A stretch of DNA of 64,000 nucleotides from Actinomycetota bacterium (GTDB taxonomy: Bacteria; Actinomycetota; Rubrobacteria; Rubrobacterales; Rubrobacteraceae): NCBI GenBank assembly GCA_046734875.1, contig JBKPSF010000035.1:7907-71906 (forward strand), read 5' to 3'. Positions 39,793-49,700 of this stretch are shown one piece after another. The notes below the pieces were generated by a model. That model saw only the letters and a program-made list of their open reading frames with translations, was not told the DNA's origin and ran no database searches. The stretch's first letter is position 1; each line of letters opens with the position of its first letter. The translations under genes and the position numbers were made by a program.

Positions 39793-42700
39793 ATGAACGG
39801 GCGTTCCCAGCGGCAGCCAGAAGCCCGGCATCATCGGCACAACGGTGGTGCTACCGCCGCTGGCGTCATGGGCGGGACCGAGGCGTTGCGTATCGGGTTG
39901 CTCGGTGGATTTCGCGTGTGGGTCGGCCCGCGGCTCGTGGGGGAGGATGGGTGGCGCCTTAGGAAGGCCAGGAGCCTGGTGAAGCTGCTAGCCCTCTCAG
40001 AGGGGCACCGGGTGCACCGCGAGCAGGCCATGGAGCTGTTGTGGCCAGGTCTGGACCCGCGGTCAGCCTCGAACAACCTCCACCAGGTCCTGCACGCTGC
40101 CCGGCGCGCGTTGGAGCCATCGGTTGCGGCTGGTGGCGGTGGCGCTCCCTCCGGCTACCTGCTCCTCCGCGAGGAGCAGGTCGTGCTGTGCCGAGATTGT
40201 GCGGTGTGGGTTGACGTTGAGGCATTCGAGGAGGCGGCGGTCGGCGCCCGACACGTCGGGGAGCCGCAGGCATTCGGGGCCGCGATCGACCTCTACGCCG
40301 GGGAGCTTTTGCCCGAGGACCGCTACGAGGTGTGGACGGAAGAGCGCCGCGCGCAGCTGAAGGAACTCCACCTCTCGCTCCTTACGGAGCTGGCCGCGCT
40401 CCACGAGCAGCGCGGGGAGTACGGGGCGGCCATCGAGGTGCTCGGGAGGACGGTGGCCGAAGAGGCAACGCGCGAGGCTGCGCACGAGGGGCTCATGCGC
40501 CTGTACACTCTCTCAGGAAGGCGGAGGGAGGCCTTGGGCCAGTACGAGCGGCTCAGGGAAGCTCTTTTTAAGGAGTTGGGCACAGAGCCCGAGGCTACCA
40601 CCACTCGTCTGCAGCAGGAGATCTGGGCTGGCACCTTCCCACACTCCGATTCGCCGCCTGTTGGCTTCCCGCCAGGTGAAGAGGCTCCTTCTGATGCGGG
40701 TGCCGCTAGAAGGCACAACCTGCCCCTGTCTCGCACAAGCTTCATCGGGCGCGAGCGCGAGAAGCTTGAGGTAAAGCGTATGTTGGCCATGACGAGGCTT
40801 CTTACCCTCACGGGGGTGGGTGGCTGTGGGAAGACGCGTCTTGCCGTAGAGGTGGCTAGAGACCTCGTTGGAGCCTACCCCGATGGGGTGTGGCTGGTGG
40901 AGCTGGCACCGCTCTCTGATCCCACCCTGGTGGAGCAGGAGGTAGCTCAGGCTTTGGGGGTGCGCGAGCAGCCTAACCGGCCGCTGCTCGAGACTCTCAA
41001 GGACACCTTGCGCGCGAAGAAGATGCTTCTAGTGGTAGACAACTGCGAGCACCTCCTGGAGGCCGTGGCACGGTTGGTTAACGCCCTTCTAGATGCCTGC
41101 CCACACTTGCGCATCCTTGCCACCGGCAGGGAGACGCTCAACACCACGGATGAGGTCACGTGGGTGGTGCCCTCCCTGACGGTTCCCGACTCCGGCAAAC
41201 AAGCGTCCACGCACCGGGAGCTGGGGGCTTACGAGTCGGTGAGGCTCTTTGTGGAACGGGCTCGCCAGCGCGATCCTTCCTTCGTGTTGAGCGTCCGGAA
41301 CGGGGAGTCCGTCGCACAGGTATGCCGGCGCTTGGAGGGCATCCCGCTAGCCATAGAGTTGGCCGCCGGACGCATGGGGGTGCTCTCCGCAGGGCAGCTC
41401 GCGATGAGGCTCGAAGATGCACTTAAGGTGCTGACCAGTAGGGAGTGCACAGCTGACCCTAGGCACCAGAGCTTGCGGGCTACTCTTGAGTGGAGTCACG
41501 AGCTCCTCAGCGAACATGAGCGGATAGTCTTCAGAAGGCTTTCGGTTTTTGCGGGAGGATGGACTCTTGAGGCATCAGAAGAGGTGTGCTCTGGGGAGGG
41601 CATCCAGCGAGACGATGTCTTGGATTTGCTCTCTGAGCTGCTGGAGAGGTCTCTGGTGGTGGCCGGGGCTGGGGAGGAAGAAGTACCGCGCTTCAGAATG
41701 CTTGAGCCCATCCGCCAGTACGGCCAAGAACTTCTAGAGGAGAGCGGGGAATCCGAGGCTGTCCAGAGCCGACACGCCAGGTACTTCCTTAAGCTTGCCG
41801 AGGATGCAGATGTCGAAGAAGGTACGGCGGAGGCAGATCTCCGTATGATGGGGGCGCGACCGGTGGAGTGGCTTACACAGATGGAGACCGAACAAGGTAA
41901 CCTCAGGGCGGCGCTTTCCTGGTTCCTCACTGAGGACCCCGACGAGTTAGACGGCCAGCGGGTGGAGCTGGGGCTAAGGTTGGCGCTCGCTTTGTTTTGG
42001 TTCTGGTTCACAGGCGGCTCCCTAACGGAGGGGCGAAGCTACCTGGAGAGTGCTCTCTCCGGCAGGAGGAGCGACTCTACCGCGACACGTTTGAGAGCAC
42101 GAGCGTTGAACGGAGCTGCCGGGATAGCGACTTCTCAGGGGGATTATGGGGGGGCGAAGGCCCTCTTAGAGGAGGGGTTGGCCCTCTACAGGCAGCTGGG
42201 CGACGAAGAAGGCATCGCTTCCGCCCTCACCGACCTCGGTATGGTCGCGCTGTGGGGGCAGCGCGACGACATACCCGTGATGGCCGTGATGGAGGAGCTT
42301 GGGGAACTCAGGCCGCGCGTAAAGAATCGAAGAACGCTCGCCTACCTGCTTCTCCTCAAGGGGATGATAGCGCTGAGTCGGGGCGACCTGGAGCATTCGG
42401 AAGCGCTCCACGAGCGGAGCCTCAAGCTCTTTCGCAAGTTACGGGATACGGCGGGCTTAATAAACACCCTGGGCCAACTCGGTGGCATAGTGTTGGTGGG
42501 GGGCGACTACGATGGAGCCGTGCCGCCGCTGCGGGAATGCCTGCGTCTGTCGTGGGAGGCGGATTGGAAACTATCCATCCAATTTTCCTTCTACGCGCTG
42601 GCGTGTGTGGCGGCTTCTCGACAGCAGCCGGTGCGCGCCGCTAGGCTGTGGGGGGCCATGGAGGGCATGGAGGAGGCTTGCGGCGTGCACATCACGCCCA

Positions 42701-43095
42701 TAGCTCTCGCTCAAATGGACTACAAGGGCCGCTTGGCCGTTGCGCGTTCGCAGCTGGATGAGGAGGCCTGGTCAGTAGCGTGGGCGCAGGGCAAAGCGAT
42801 GGCGTTGGAACACGCCGTCGAGTACGCCCTCTCGGAAGAACGAGAAGAGCACGAGCCTCCAACGCTCGTTGCTACGCCCGAGCAACAGCTACAACCAGCA
42901 GCTGACGAACCGACCGAAAGGCTCACCCCCCGCGAGCAAGAGATCGCTTTGCTCGTCGGGCGAGGGCTAACCAACCGCCAGATAGCAAAAGAGCTCACCA
43001 TCTCCGAGCACACCGCGGCAAACCACGTGCGCAAGATCCTCAAGAAGCTGAAAGTCCGCTCCAGGACCCAGATCCCCACCTCCCCCCAGCGCTAG
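39793..43095 (+). CDS. SARP(wHTH+BTAD)-NB-ARC-TPR-LuxR transcriptional regulator 1
   Basis: LLGGFRV...LLALS...LLWP, DLYAGELLP, GVGGCGKT, VDNCEH, GIPLAIELAA, helical repeats, LTPREQEIA...GLTNRQIA HTH; start uncertain (ORF from 39697). Confidence 0.93.
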   Translation: MNGRSQRQPEARHHRHNGGATAAGVMGGTEALRIGLLGGFRVWVGPRLVGEDGWRLRKARSLVKLLALSEGHRVHREQAMELLWPGLDPRSASNNLHQVLHAARRALEPSVAAGGGGAPSGYLLLREEQVVLCRDCAVWVDVEAFEEAAVGARHVGEPQAFGAAIDLYAGELLPEDRYEVWTEERRAQLKELHLSLLTELAALHEQRGEYGAAIEVLGRTVAEEATREAAHEGLMRLYTLSGRRREALGQYERLREALFKELGTEPEATTTRLQQEIWAGTFPHSDSPPVGFPPGEEAPSDAGAARRHNLPLSRTSFIGREREKLEVKRMLAMTRLLTLTGVGGCGKTRLAVEVARDLVGAYPDGVWLVELAPLSDPTLVEQEVAQALGVREQPNRPLLETLKDTLRAKKMLLVVDNCEHLLEAVARLVNALLDACPHLRILATGRETLNTTDEVTWVVPSLTVPDSGKQASTHRELGAYESVRLFVERARQRDPSFVLSVRNGESVAQVCRRLEGIPLAIELAAGRMGVLSAGQLAMRLEDALKVLTSRECTADPRHQSLRATLEWSHELLSEHERIVFRRLSVFAGGWTLEASEEVCSGEGIQRDDVLDLLSELLERSLVVAGAGEEEVPRFRMLEPIRQYGQELLEESGESEAVQSRHARYFLKLAEDADVEEGTAEADLRMMGARPVEWLTQMETEQGNLRAALSWFLTEDPDELDGQRVELGLRLALALFWFWFTGGSLTEGRSYLESALSGRRSDSTATRLRARALNGAAGIATSQGDYGGAKALLEEGLALYRQLGDEEGIASALTDLGMVALWGQRDDIPVMAVMEELGELRPRVKNRRTLAYLLLLKGMIALSRGDLEHSEALHERSLKLFRKLRDTAGLINTLGQLGGIVLVGGDYDGAVPPLRECLRLSWEADWKLSIQFSFYALACVAASRQQPVRAARLWGAMEGMEEACGVHITPIALAQMDYKGRLAVARSQLDEEAWSVAWAQGKAMALEHAVEYALSEEREEHEPPTLVATPEQQLQPAADEPTERLTPREQEIALLVGRGLTNRQIAKELTISEHTAANHVRKILKKLKVRSRTQIPTSPQR

Positions 43096-43195
43096 CCCGC
43101 TCCGGCCATCCCTCGCTTCGAACGGCGGATCTCCAGGACTTCAGGTGGGCGATCGCGCGGTCTCCTCCGGGCGCGAGGAATCGGCGAGACCTCTC

Positions 43196-43266
43196 CAAAG
43201 ATAGTCAACCTGACTACGCTTTTGGGCCCTCCTGCTAAGGGCCTGTTAAGAGGCGCCTCCTACTAT
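43196..43266 (+). promoter_or_regulatory. 71-bp bipartite promoter module, copy B
   Basis: CAAAGATAGTCAACCTGACTAC...CCTGCTAAGGG CCTGTTAAGAG gcgcctcc TACTAT. Confidence 0.85.
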
Positions 43267-43310
43267 GCCTTGTACAGCTACTACAAGTTGGCCAAGGAGA
43301 GGAATCACTT

Positions 43311-44603
43311 ATGGACAGGCAAGCAGATCACGCAAGATTGAGGAGGAGTCGGTTGGGATCAGCCGATCGCAGCGGCAGGCATCCGATGCACTCCACGATT
43401 TTGGCGGCGATCGCTGCTGTTTTGGCCACAATAGCGCTCGTCCTGGCGGCAAGCGGCAACCCGGCCCTGGCAGCCTCCTCGCTGGTCAACGGGAGCTTCG
43501 AGACGGGCGACCTCTCGGGGTGGACCGTCTACACAAACACAGATGCTTATGGTGCTGGTTCTTCTAGTGCTGGTGCTGTTACTAGCTACCAAACTTACCA
43601 CACTTGTGAAGATTGGTATAGTTGTTACATAGTCACTATTTCCCCCAAGGAAGGTTTCTACTTTGCTCTGCTTACATCGTGGTACCAGCGGCCAGATGAC
43701 CCGCAGTCAGAGTACACCAAGATCTCCCAACCGTTTGAGGCATCTACTAGCGACAAAATTAGTGGTTGGGCCCTCTTCGAGGATAAACTCGGTTCCAATA
43801 AGGGTCAGGTAGTGATCAGGAGTGACTCGGGAACAACGGTAGCGATACCATACGAGGATACCTTTGGTATTCCAGGAGACATTGGATGGAGGTACTGGGA
43901 GTACACCTTCTCGGGAGTCACAGGGACGGGTCAGTTCCAGATCGAGGCGCGAGTCAGCAACATGTGTGGATGTAGCGTTGTGGGCCTGGACGACGTGAAA
44001 ATCTCTAGAGCTGATCCCGACACCACCAAGCCGACCACTAGCTCTACGCGCTCGGTAGAACCCAACACGGCAGGGTGGAACAAAGAAAACGTTACCGTAA
44101 GGCTCAACGCCACCGACAACCAGGGTGGATCGGGCGTCCAGAAGATAACCTACTCGGCTTCCGGTGCTCAAAGCATCGCCCAGACCGATGCCCCGGGTGA
44201 ATCGGTTGAGGTTGCCCTCGACCAAGAGGGCACGACCACCCTCACCTACTATGCTACCGATAAGGCCGGAAACGTGGAGGATCAAAAGTCCCTCACCATC
44301 AAGATCGACAAGAGCGCTCCCACAGGCACCGTGTCTATCAACGGTGGAGCCCCCCGCACCCTTAGCCAATCGGTAACGTTGACACTGAGCGCGACCGATC
44401 CCTCGCCGGGCTCCGGGATGACCGAGATGCGTATCGGAAACACCCAGAGCGGGTTGTCCTCGGCGTCCTGGGAGACCTACAAAACCACCAGGGCGTGGAC
44501 TCTGACTTCAGGCAAGGGCACGAAGACTGTCTACGCCCAGTTCCGGGACGCCGCAGGCAACCGCTCGGCGACCGTAACGGACACGATCACGTTCAGGCCC
44601 TAG
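43311..44603 (+). CDS. Secreted beta-sandwich/Ig-like repeat protein
   Basis: Signal peptide, NGSFETGDLSGW jelly-roll start, YYATDKAGNVE and FRDAAGN Ig-like motifs; start 43311 or 43386. Confidence 0.8.
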   Translation: MDRQADHARLRRSRLGSADRSGRHPMHSTILAAIAAVLATIALVLAASGNPALAASSLVNGSFETGDLSGWTVYTNTDAYGAGSSSAGAVTSYQTYHTCEDWYSCYIVTISPKEGFYFALLTSWYQRPDDPQSEYTKISQPFEASTSDKISGWALFEDKLGSNKGQVVIRSDSGTTVAIPYEDTFGIPGDIGWRYWEYTFSGVTGTGQFQIEARVSNMCGCSVVGLDDVKISRADPDTTKPTTSSTRSVEPNTAGWNKENVTVRLNATDNQGGSGVQKITYSASGAQSIAQTDAPGESVEVALDQEGTTTLTYYATDKAGNVEDQKSLTIKIDKSAPTGTVSINGGAPRTLSQSVTLTLSATDPSPGSGMTEMRIGNTQSGLSSASWETYKTTRAWTLTSGKGTKTVYAQFRDAAGNRSATVTDTITFRP

Positions 44604-44634
44604 AAGAGGGTACGGAAAGCGGCCAGCAAACGAG

Positions 44635-44666
44635 GGAGGGCCGGGCTCTTACAGACCCGGCCCTCC
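44635..44666 (+). terminator. Stem-loop terminator
   Basis: GGAGGGCCGGG...CCCGGCCCTCC after the stop codon. Confidence 0.6.
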
Positions 44667-44743
44667 TTACGTCCTCATGCCTCCGATAACTGGTTCTGTC
44701 GAACGCCGTTGCTTTGCGCCCCCGCGCCCGCTGCCACCCCACG

Positions 44744-44774
44744 CGTCATTCCCTTGATTAAGCGGGAATCCACG
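44744..44774. repeat. REP-like 31-bp element, copy 2
   Basis: CGTCATTCCCTTGATTAAGCGGGAATCCACG. Confidence 0.8.
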
Positions 44775-44815
44775 CCCTTTCGAGCCGTTATAAGGAGCGC
44801 AGGAGGAGTTGCCTA

Positions 44816-44886
44816 CAAAGATAGTCAACCTGACTACACTTTCCGGCCCCTCAGCTAAGGGCCAGCTATGTGGCCCCTTCTAAAGT
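44816..44886 (+). promoter_or_regulatory. 71-bp bipartite promoter module, copy C
   Basis: CAAAGATAGTCAACCTGACTAC...TCAGCTAAGGG CCAGCTATGTG gccccttc TAAAGT. Confidence 0.85.
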
Positions 44887-44965
44887 GGTGCCTATCAGGA
44901 AAGACAACACGCCACCAGCGAGAAGGAGCGGTGGGCGTGAAGGAGAGCCAGGAAAGGAACGAGGT

Positions 44966-46585
44966 ATGAGCACCAAAGAAAAGATGACGCCGAAGGTAGT
45001 AGTCGCGCCGTCCGGCAGTCCGGCAGGGAGCCTGGCGGGCCGCGCCATATCGCGACGCCAGGCGCTGGGGCTGGCCGGTGGCGCCCTGGCGGGGGTCGCG
45101 GCGCTAGCCGCCATGCCGAAGGGCGCTGACGCGCAGAGCGGCGCTGTCGTGGGGAGCCGCACCGCCGAGCCGTCCCCGTTGACCAATTCCGGCCAGGGGA
45201 CGTTCGGCCGGCTCTTCCCGCGGTTGCCCGCCTTCGCCTCCGACAGCCCCGGAGTTCGGGCCAACCTCATAGAACTCGGGAATCGCGGGGGGATCATGGA
45301 CGCGCGAGATGCGCCGCCCCCGGCGAACCCGCTGACGCCCAACCCGAACAACCCGGACAACCTGAACCTCACCGCGGGGATCACCTTCCTGGGCCAGTTC
45401 CTCGACCACGATATAACTTTCGATCCCACCTCCAGCCTTACGAGCCAGGTGGACCCCGCGAGGATCTCCAACTTCCGTACCCCCGCGTTCGACCTGGATA
45501 GCGTCTACGGGTCGGGTCGCAGGGCGAGCCCGCACCTCTACGACAGGACCTCGCCCGATGGCATCAAGTTCCTCATCGATGCCGGGTGGCCGAAGGATGT
45601 CCCGAGGACCAGCCAGAACATCGCCATCATCGGCGACCCCCGCAACGACGAGAACCTTATAGTCTCCCAGCTGCATCTGGCGTTCTTGAAGTTCCACAAC
45701 GCCGTGGTGGACAGAGTCATCTCCGGCGGCGCCACGAACCCAAGCACGGTCTTCGACGAGGCCCAGCGGCTGGTCCGCTGGCACTACCAGTGGATCATCC
45801 TCAACGAGTTCCTGCCGAAGACGGTAGGCCAGACTCTGGTGGACAGCATCCTTGCGAACGGACGCCGATTCTACAGGCCGCGGGGCGTTCCCTTTATCCC
45901 GGTCGAGTTCTCGGTGGCCGCCTACAGGTTCGGCCACAGCCAGGTCCGTCCCGGCTACATAGCCAACTTCAGCGGGGACAACGGTCAGCCTTTCCTCAAA
46001 CACATCTTCGACTTCAAGGCCGACCACAACGGGCCCGACCCCGACGACCTCTCAGGCGGCTATCGCGCGCCCAGGCGCTTCGTGGACTGGCAGACCTTCT
46101 TTAATGTTGGCCCAACACCGCCGGGCCACGAGAACCTCGGGGATTCGCCAAAACCCAACAAGCGCATAGACACCAAGCTTTCCAGCCCCTTGTTCGAGCT
46201 TCCCTTCGGGCCGCCGCAAGCCCCGGAGACCCTGGCGCAACGCAACCTGCTGCGCCACCTTACCTTCGGGTTGCCCTCGGGCCAGCGGGTGGCGAAGGAG
46301 ATGAAGATCGAACCGCTCACCAGCGGCGACCTCCATGACCTCCAGCCGCTTGGCTTCGACAGCCAAACCCCCTTGTGGTTCTACATCCTCAAGGAGGCGG
46401 AGGTGCAGGCGGAAGGCCTGATGCTCGGTAGTGTAGGAGGCCGCATCGTGGCCGAGGTCTTTATCGGCCTGCTGCAAAGCGACCCCACGTCCTATCTCCG
46501 GCAGAACCCTGGCTGGAAGCCGGTCCTGGGGCAGAACCAGATCTTCGAGATGGCCGACCTCCTGCGTTTCGCGGGCGTGGTGTGA
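44966..46585 (+). CDS. Tat-exported heme peroxidase (peroxidase-cyclooxygenase superfamily)
   Basis: SRRQALG Tat motif, GQFLDHDIT distal His, RNDEN, WHYQW, YRFGHSQV proximal His, PLWFYIL. Confidence 0.88.
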   Translation: MSTKEKMTPKVVVAPSGSPAGSLAGRAISRRQALGLAGGALAGVAALAAMPKGADAQSGAVVGSRTAEPSPLTNSGQGTFGRLFPRLPAFASDSPGVRANLIELGNRGGIMDARDAPPPANPLTPNPNNPDNLNLTAGITFLGQFLDHDITFDPTSSLTSQVDPARISNFRTPAFDLDSVYGSGRRASPHLYDRTSPDGIKFLIDAGWPKDVPRTSQNIAIIGDPRNDENLIVSQLHLAFLKFHNAVVDRVISGGATNPSTVFDEAQRLVRWHYQWIILNEFLPKTVGQTLVDSILANGRRFYRPRGVPFIPVEFSVAAYRFGHSQVRPGYIANFSGDNGQPFLKHIFDFKADHNGPDPDDLSGGYRAPRRFVDWQTFFNVGPTPPGHENLGDSPKPNKRIDTKLSSPLFELPFGPPQAPETLAQRNLLRHLTFGLPSGQRVAKEMKIEPLTSGDLHDLQPLGFDSQTPLWFYILKEAEVQAEGLMLGSVGGRIVAEVFIGLLQSDPTSYLRQNPGWKPVLGQNQIFEMADLLRFAGVV

Positions 46586-46730
46586 GCGTGCGACCCGAAA
46601 ACCACCGGCCCATCCGGGTCACCGGGACCAGACAGAGGCCGAAAGGCACGATCCTGATAACCATCAGGGGACCTCCGCTTGGAGGTTGGGCGCGGTTTAC
46701 GAGCAACACTAAGACACGAGGAGTAAGGAG

Positions 46731-49700
46731 ATGATGAACCGGTTGATGCGGTATCTACGCTGGATCATTCACGAAACGAGAGAACTTTACGGACACCGCG
46801 AATTACTGCTGCTGGCAGTGTTGGCATCCGTCGCGCTTCTTTCCGGCTCCGCATATGCGCAGGAGAACCAGAGATCCGCCCCCGCCGGATCGCAGGCGCC
46901 GTCCGAGAACGCGCGACTGATCGACGAGCTCGAAGGGGCTGGAGCAAAGGTAGAGAAGCACCCAGAGACGGGCGAGGTGAGCTTCATAGGCACCTCCAGG
47001 GGGCGCGCCATCGGCCGTCCCGATCGCCTGGCTGCGGACGCCCCGGCGGAGTCGGCGGCGCGGGCACACCTGGCCAAATACGGCAAGCTCTTCGGCATCA
47101 AGGACGAGACCCAAGAGCTGCGGACCGAGAAAGCGAAGAAAGCCGGAAAAGATCGCTCGGTGGTGCGTTTTCAGCAGATTTACAACGACGTGCCGGTCCT
47201 GGGCGGCGAGCTCAACGTGAACCTGGACGGCTCGAACAACCTGCTGGTCGCCAACGGTGAGGTGCTGCCCGACCTCTCGCTGGACGTCGATCCAGGCGTT
47301 GACGCGCAGAAGGCCCAGGGGACAGCCCTCGAGAAGATCGCCAAAGACCGCAAGTTGAACGCTGGCGATCTGCAGGCGACGGAGCCCGAGCTGTGGATCT
47401 ACGACCCCACGCTGCTGGGCGGACCGGGTCCGCGTGTGCCCAGTCTGGTGTGGCGCATGGACGTTACCCCCAAAGAGGGTGTCGTGTACTTCCGAGAACT
47501 GGTGCTCGTGGACGCCAAGAGCGGCTCCGTGGCGCTGAACTTCGACCAGGTCGATAGCGCCCTGGACCGCGAGACGTACACGGCCAACAACGGGAGCACC
47601 CTCCCCGGCACGCTGGTATGCAACGAGTCCGCCCCCTGTAACAGCACCGACACTGACGCGGTGGCGGCGCACCAGTTCGCCGGCGAGACCTACGACTTCT
47701 ACTTCAACAACCACGGCCGTGACAGCCTCGACGGCGCGGGCCTGAGGCTGACCTCCACCGTCGATTTCTGCCCCACCACCCCACCCAACCCTCCCGCGTG
47801 CCCGTACCAGAACGCCAATTGGAACGGCCAGCAGATGATCTACGGCGACGGCTTTGCGGCTGCGGACGACGTAGTCGGCCACGAGCTGACCCACGGCGTC
47901 ACGCAGTTCGAGTCCGGCCTCTTCTACTACTACCAGAGTGGCGCGATCAACGAATCGTTCTCCGACATCTGGGGCGAGTTCGTCGACCTCAGCAACAGTG
48001 CGGGCACCGACACGGCCGCCACGCGCTGGCAGATCGGCGAGGACATTCCGGGTACGGGTACGCTTCGCGACATGGAGGACCCGCCGAACTTCAACCAGCC
48101 GGACAGGATGACGAGCGCGTTGTACTTCGGCGAGGTCGATAACGTGGCTCCCATTGACGGCAACGGAGACGACAGCGGCGGGGTCCACTTCAACAGCGGG
48201 GTGAACAACAAGGCCGCGTACCTGCTTACGGACGGCGGTGCCTTCAACGGCAAGACCGTCACCGGCCTCGGGATGAACAAGGTAGCCAGGATCTACTACG
48301 AGGCGCAGACGAACCTGCTCACCTCCGCGAGCGACTACCAGGACCTGCATGCCTTGTTGCAGCAGGCCTGCACCAACCTGACCGGCACGGGTGTCACCAC
48401 CGCCGCGGATTGCCAGGAGGTCAAGGACGCGGTGGACGCCACGGAGATGAACCTGCAACCCACCAACGTTCCGGTGCCAGAGGCGCGCGTCTGCGACACG
48501 AGCAAGGGCAGGGTTACCACGCTCTTCTCCGATGACATGGAGAACACCTCGAGCAACAACTGGACATTCCAGAGTGGCGACTGGTCTTACGACAACGACT
48601 ACGCTACCAGCGGCGAGAACCACCTGTACGGCCGCGACCAGGCCACCAAGACCGACACCTCCGCGACCAAGGCCACAAGTGTGCGCATACCCGCCAACAG
48701 CACCGCGTACCTGCGCTTCAGACACGCCTACGGGTTCGAGGACGGCAACACCGCCTCCACCAACCGCGACGGCGGTGTGCTCGAGTACAGCACGGACAAC
48801 GGCTCTACCTGGCAAGACTCTGGCACGCTCGGCATCGACAACGGGTACAACGGGACGATAGCAAGCGGTACCGACAACCCGCTCGCCGGGCGCCAGGGCT
48901 TCGTCGCCGATAGTCACGGCTACATCTCCAGCCGGGTGAACCTCAGCTCGCTCGCAGTCGGCAACGACGCGGACGTGAGGTTCCGGTTCCGCATCGGAAC
49001 GAACGGTAGCGTCGGCGACTCCGGCTGGTACGTGGACGATGTGAGCGTCTACACCTGCGCCAACACCGCGCCCGTGGCCAGGGAGGACTCCTACACAACC
49101 GACGAGGACACCCCCCTCAACCAGGCAGCCCCCGGCGTCCTTTCCAACGACACAGACCCCGACGGCGACGACCTGACTGTGGCCCTCGTCGATAACGTGG
49201 CCCACGGGAACATTACCCTCAAGCCCGACGGCTCCTTCTCCTACGTGCCTGACAAGGACTACTTCGGGGCCGACTCCTTCACCTACAAGGCCAACGACGG
49301 CAGCGCGGACTCCGGCGTGACGAAGGTTGCGATCACCGTGAACCCCGTCAACGATCCGCCAACGGTCAAGGTGGCCACGGGTGGCACCTGCGGGCAAAAC
49401 AACGAACGCTTTGCCACGATCAACCTCACCGTGGAGGACGTTGACAACCCGGCGACGAGCCTGAAGCTCAGCGCGTCCTCTTCGAACACCAAGCTCGTGC
49501 GCAACCAGGACGTTATCTTCTCGGGCACCGGCGCCACCCGTACGATGAAGGTCACCGCCCTGGACAAACGGAGCGGCACAGCCAACATCACGGTGACGGT
49601 GAGCGATGGCGCCGCGTCCAACACCACCCCCCTGATCATCCCCGTCAAAGTCGGCACTCCGCAGAGCGATCTCATAAACGGCACCGACGAGGCCGACATA

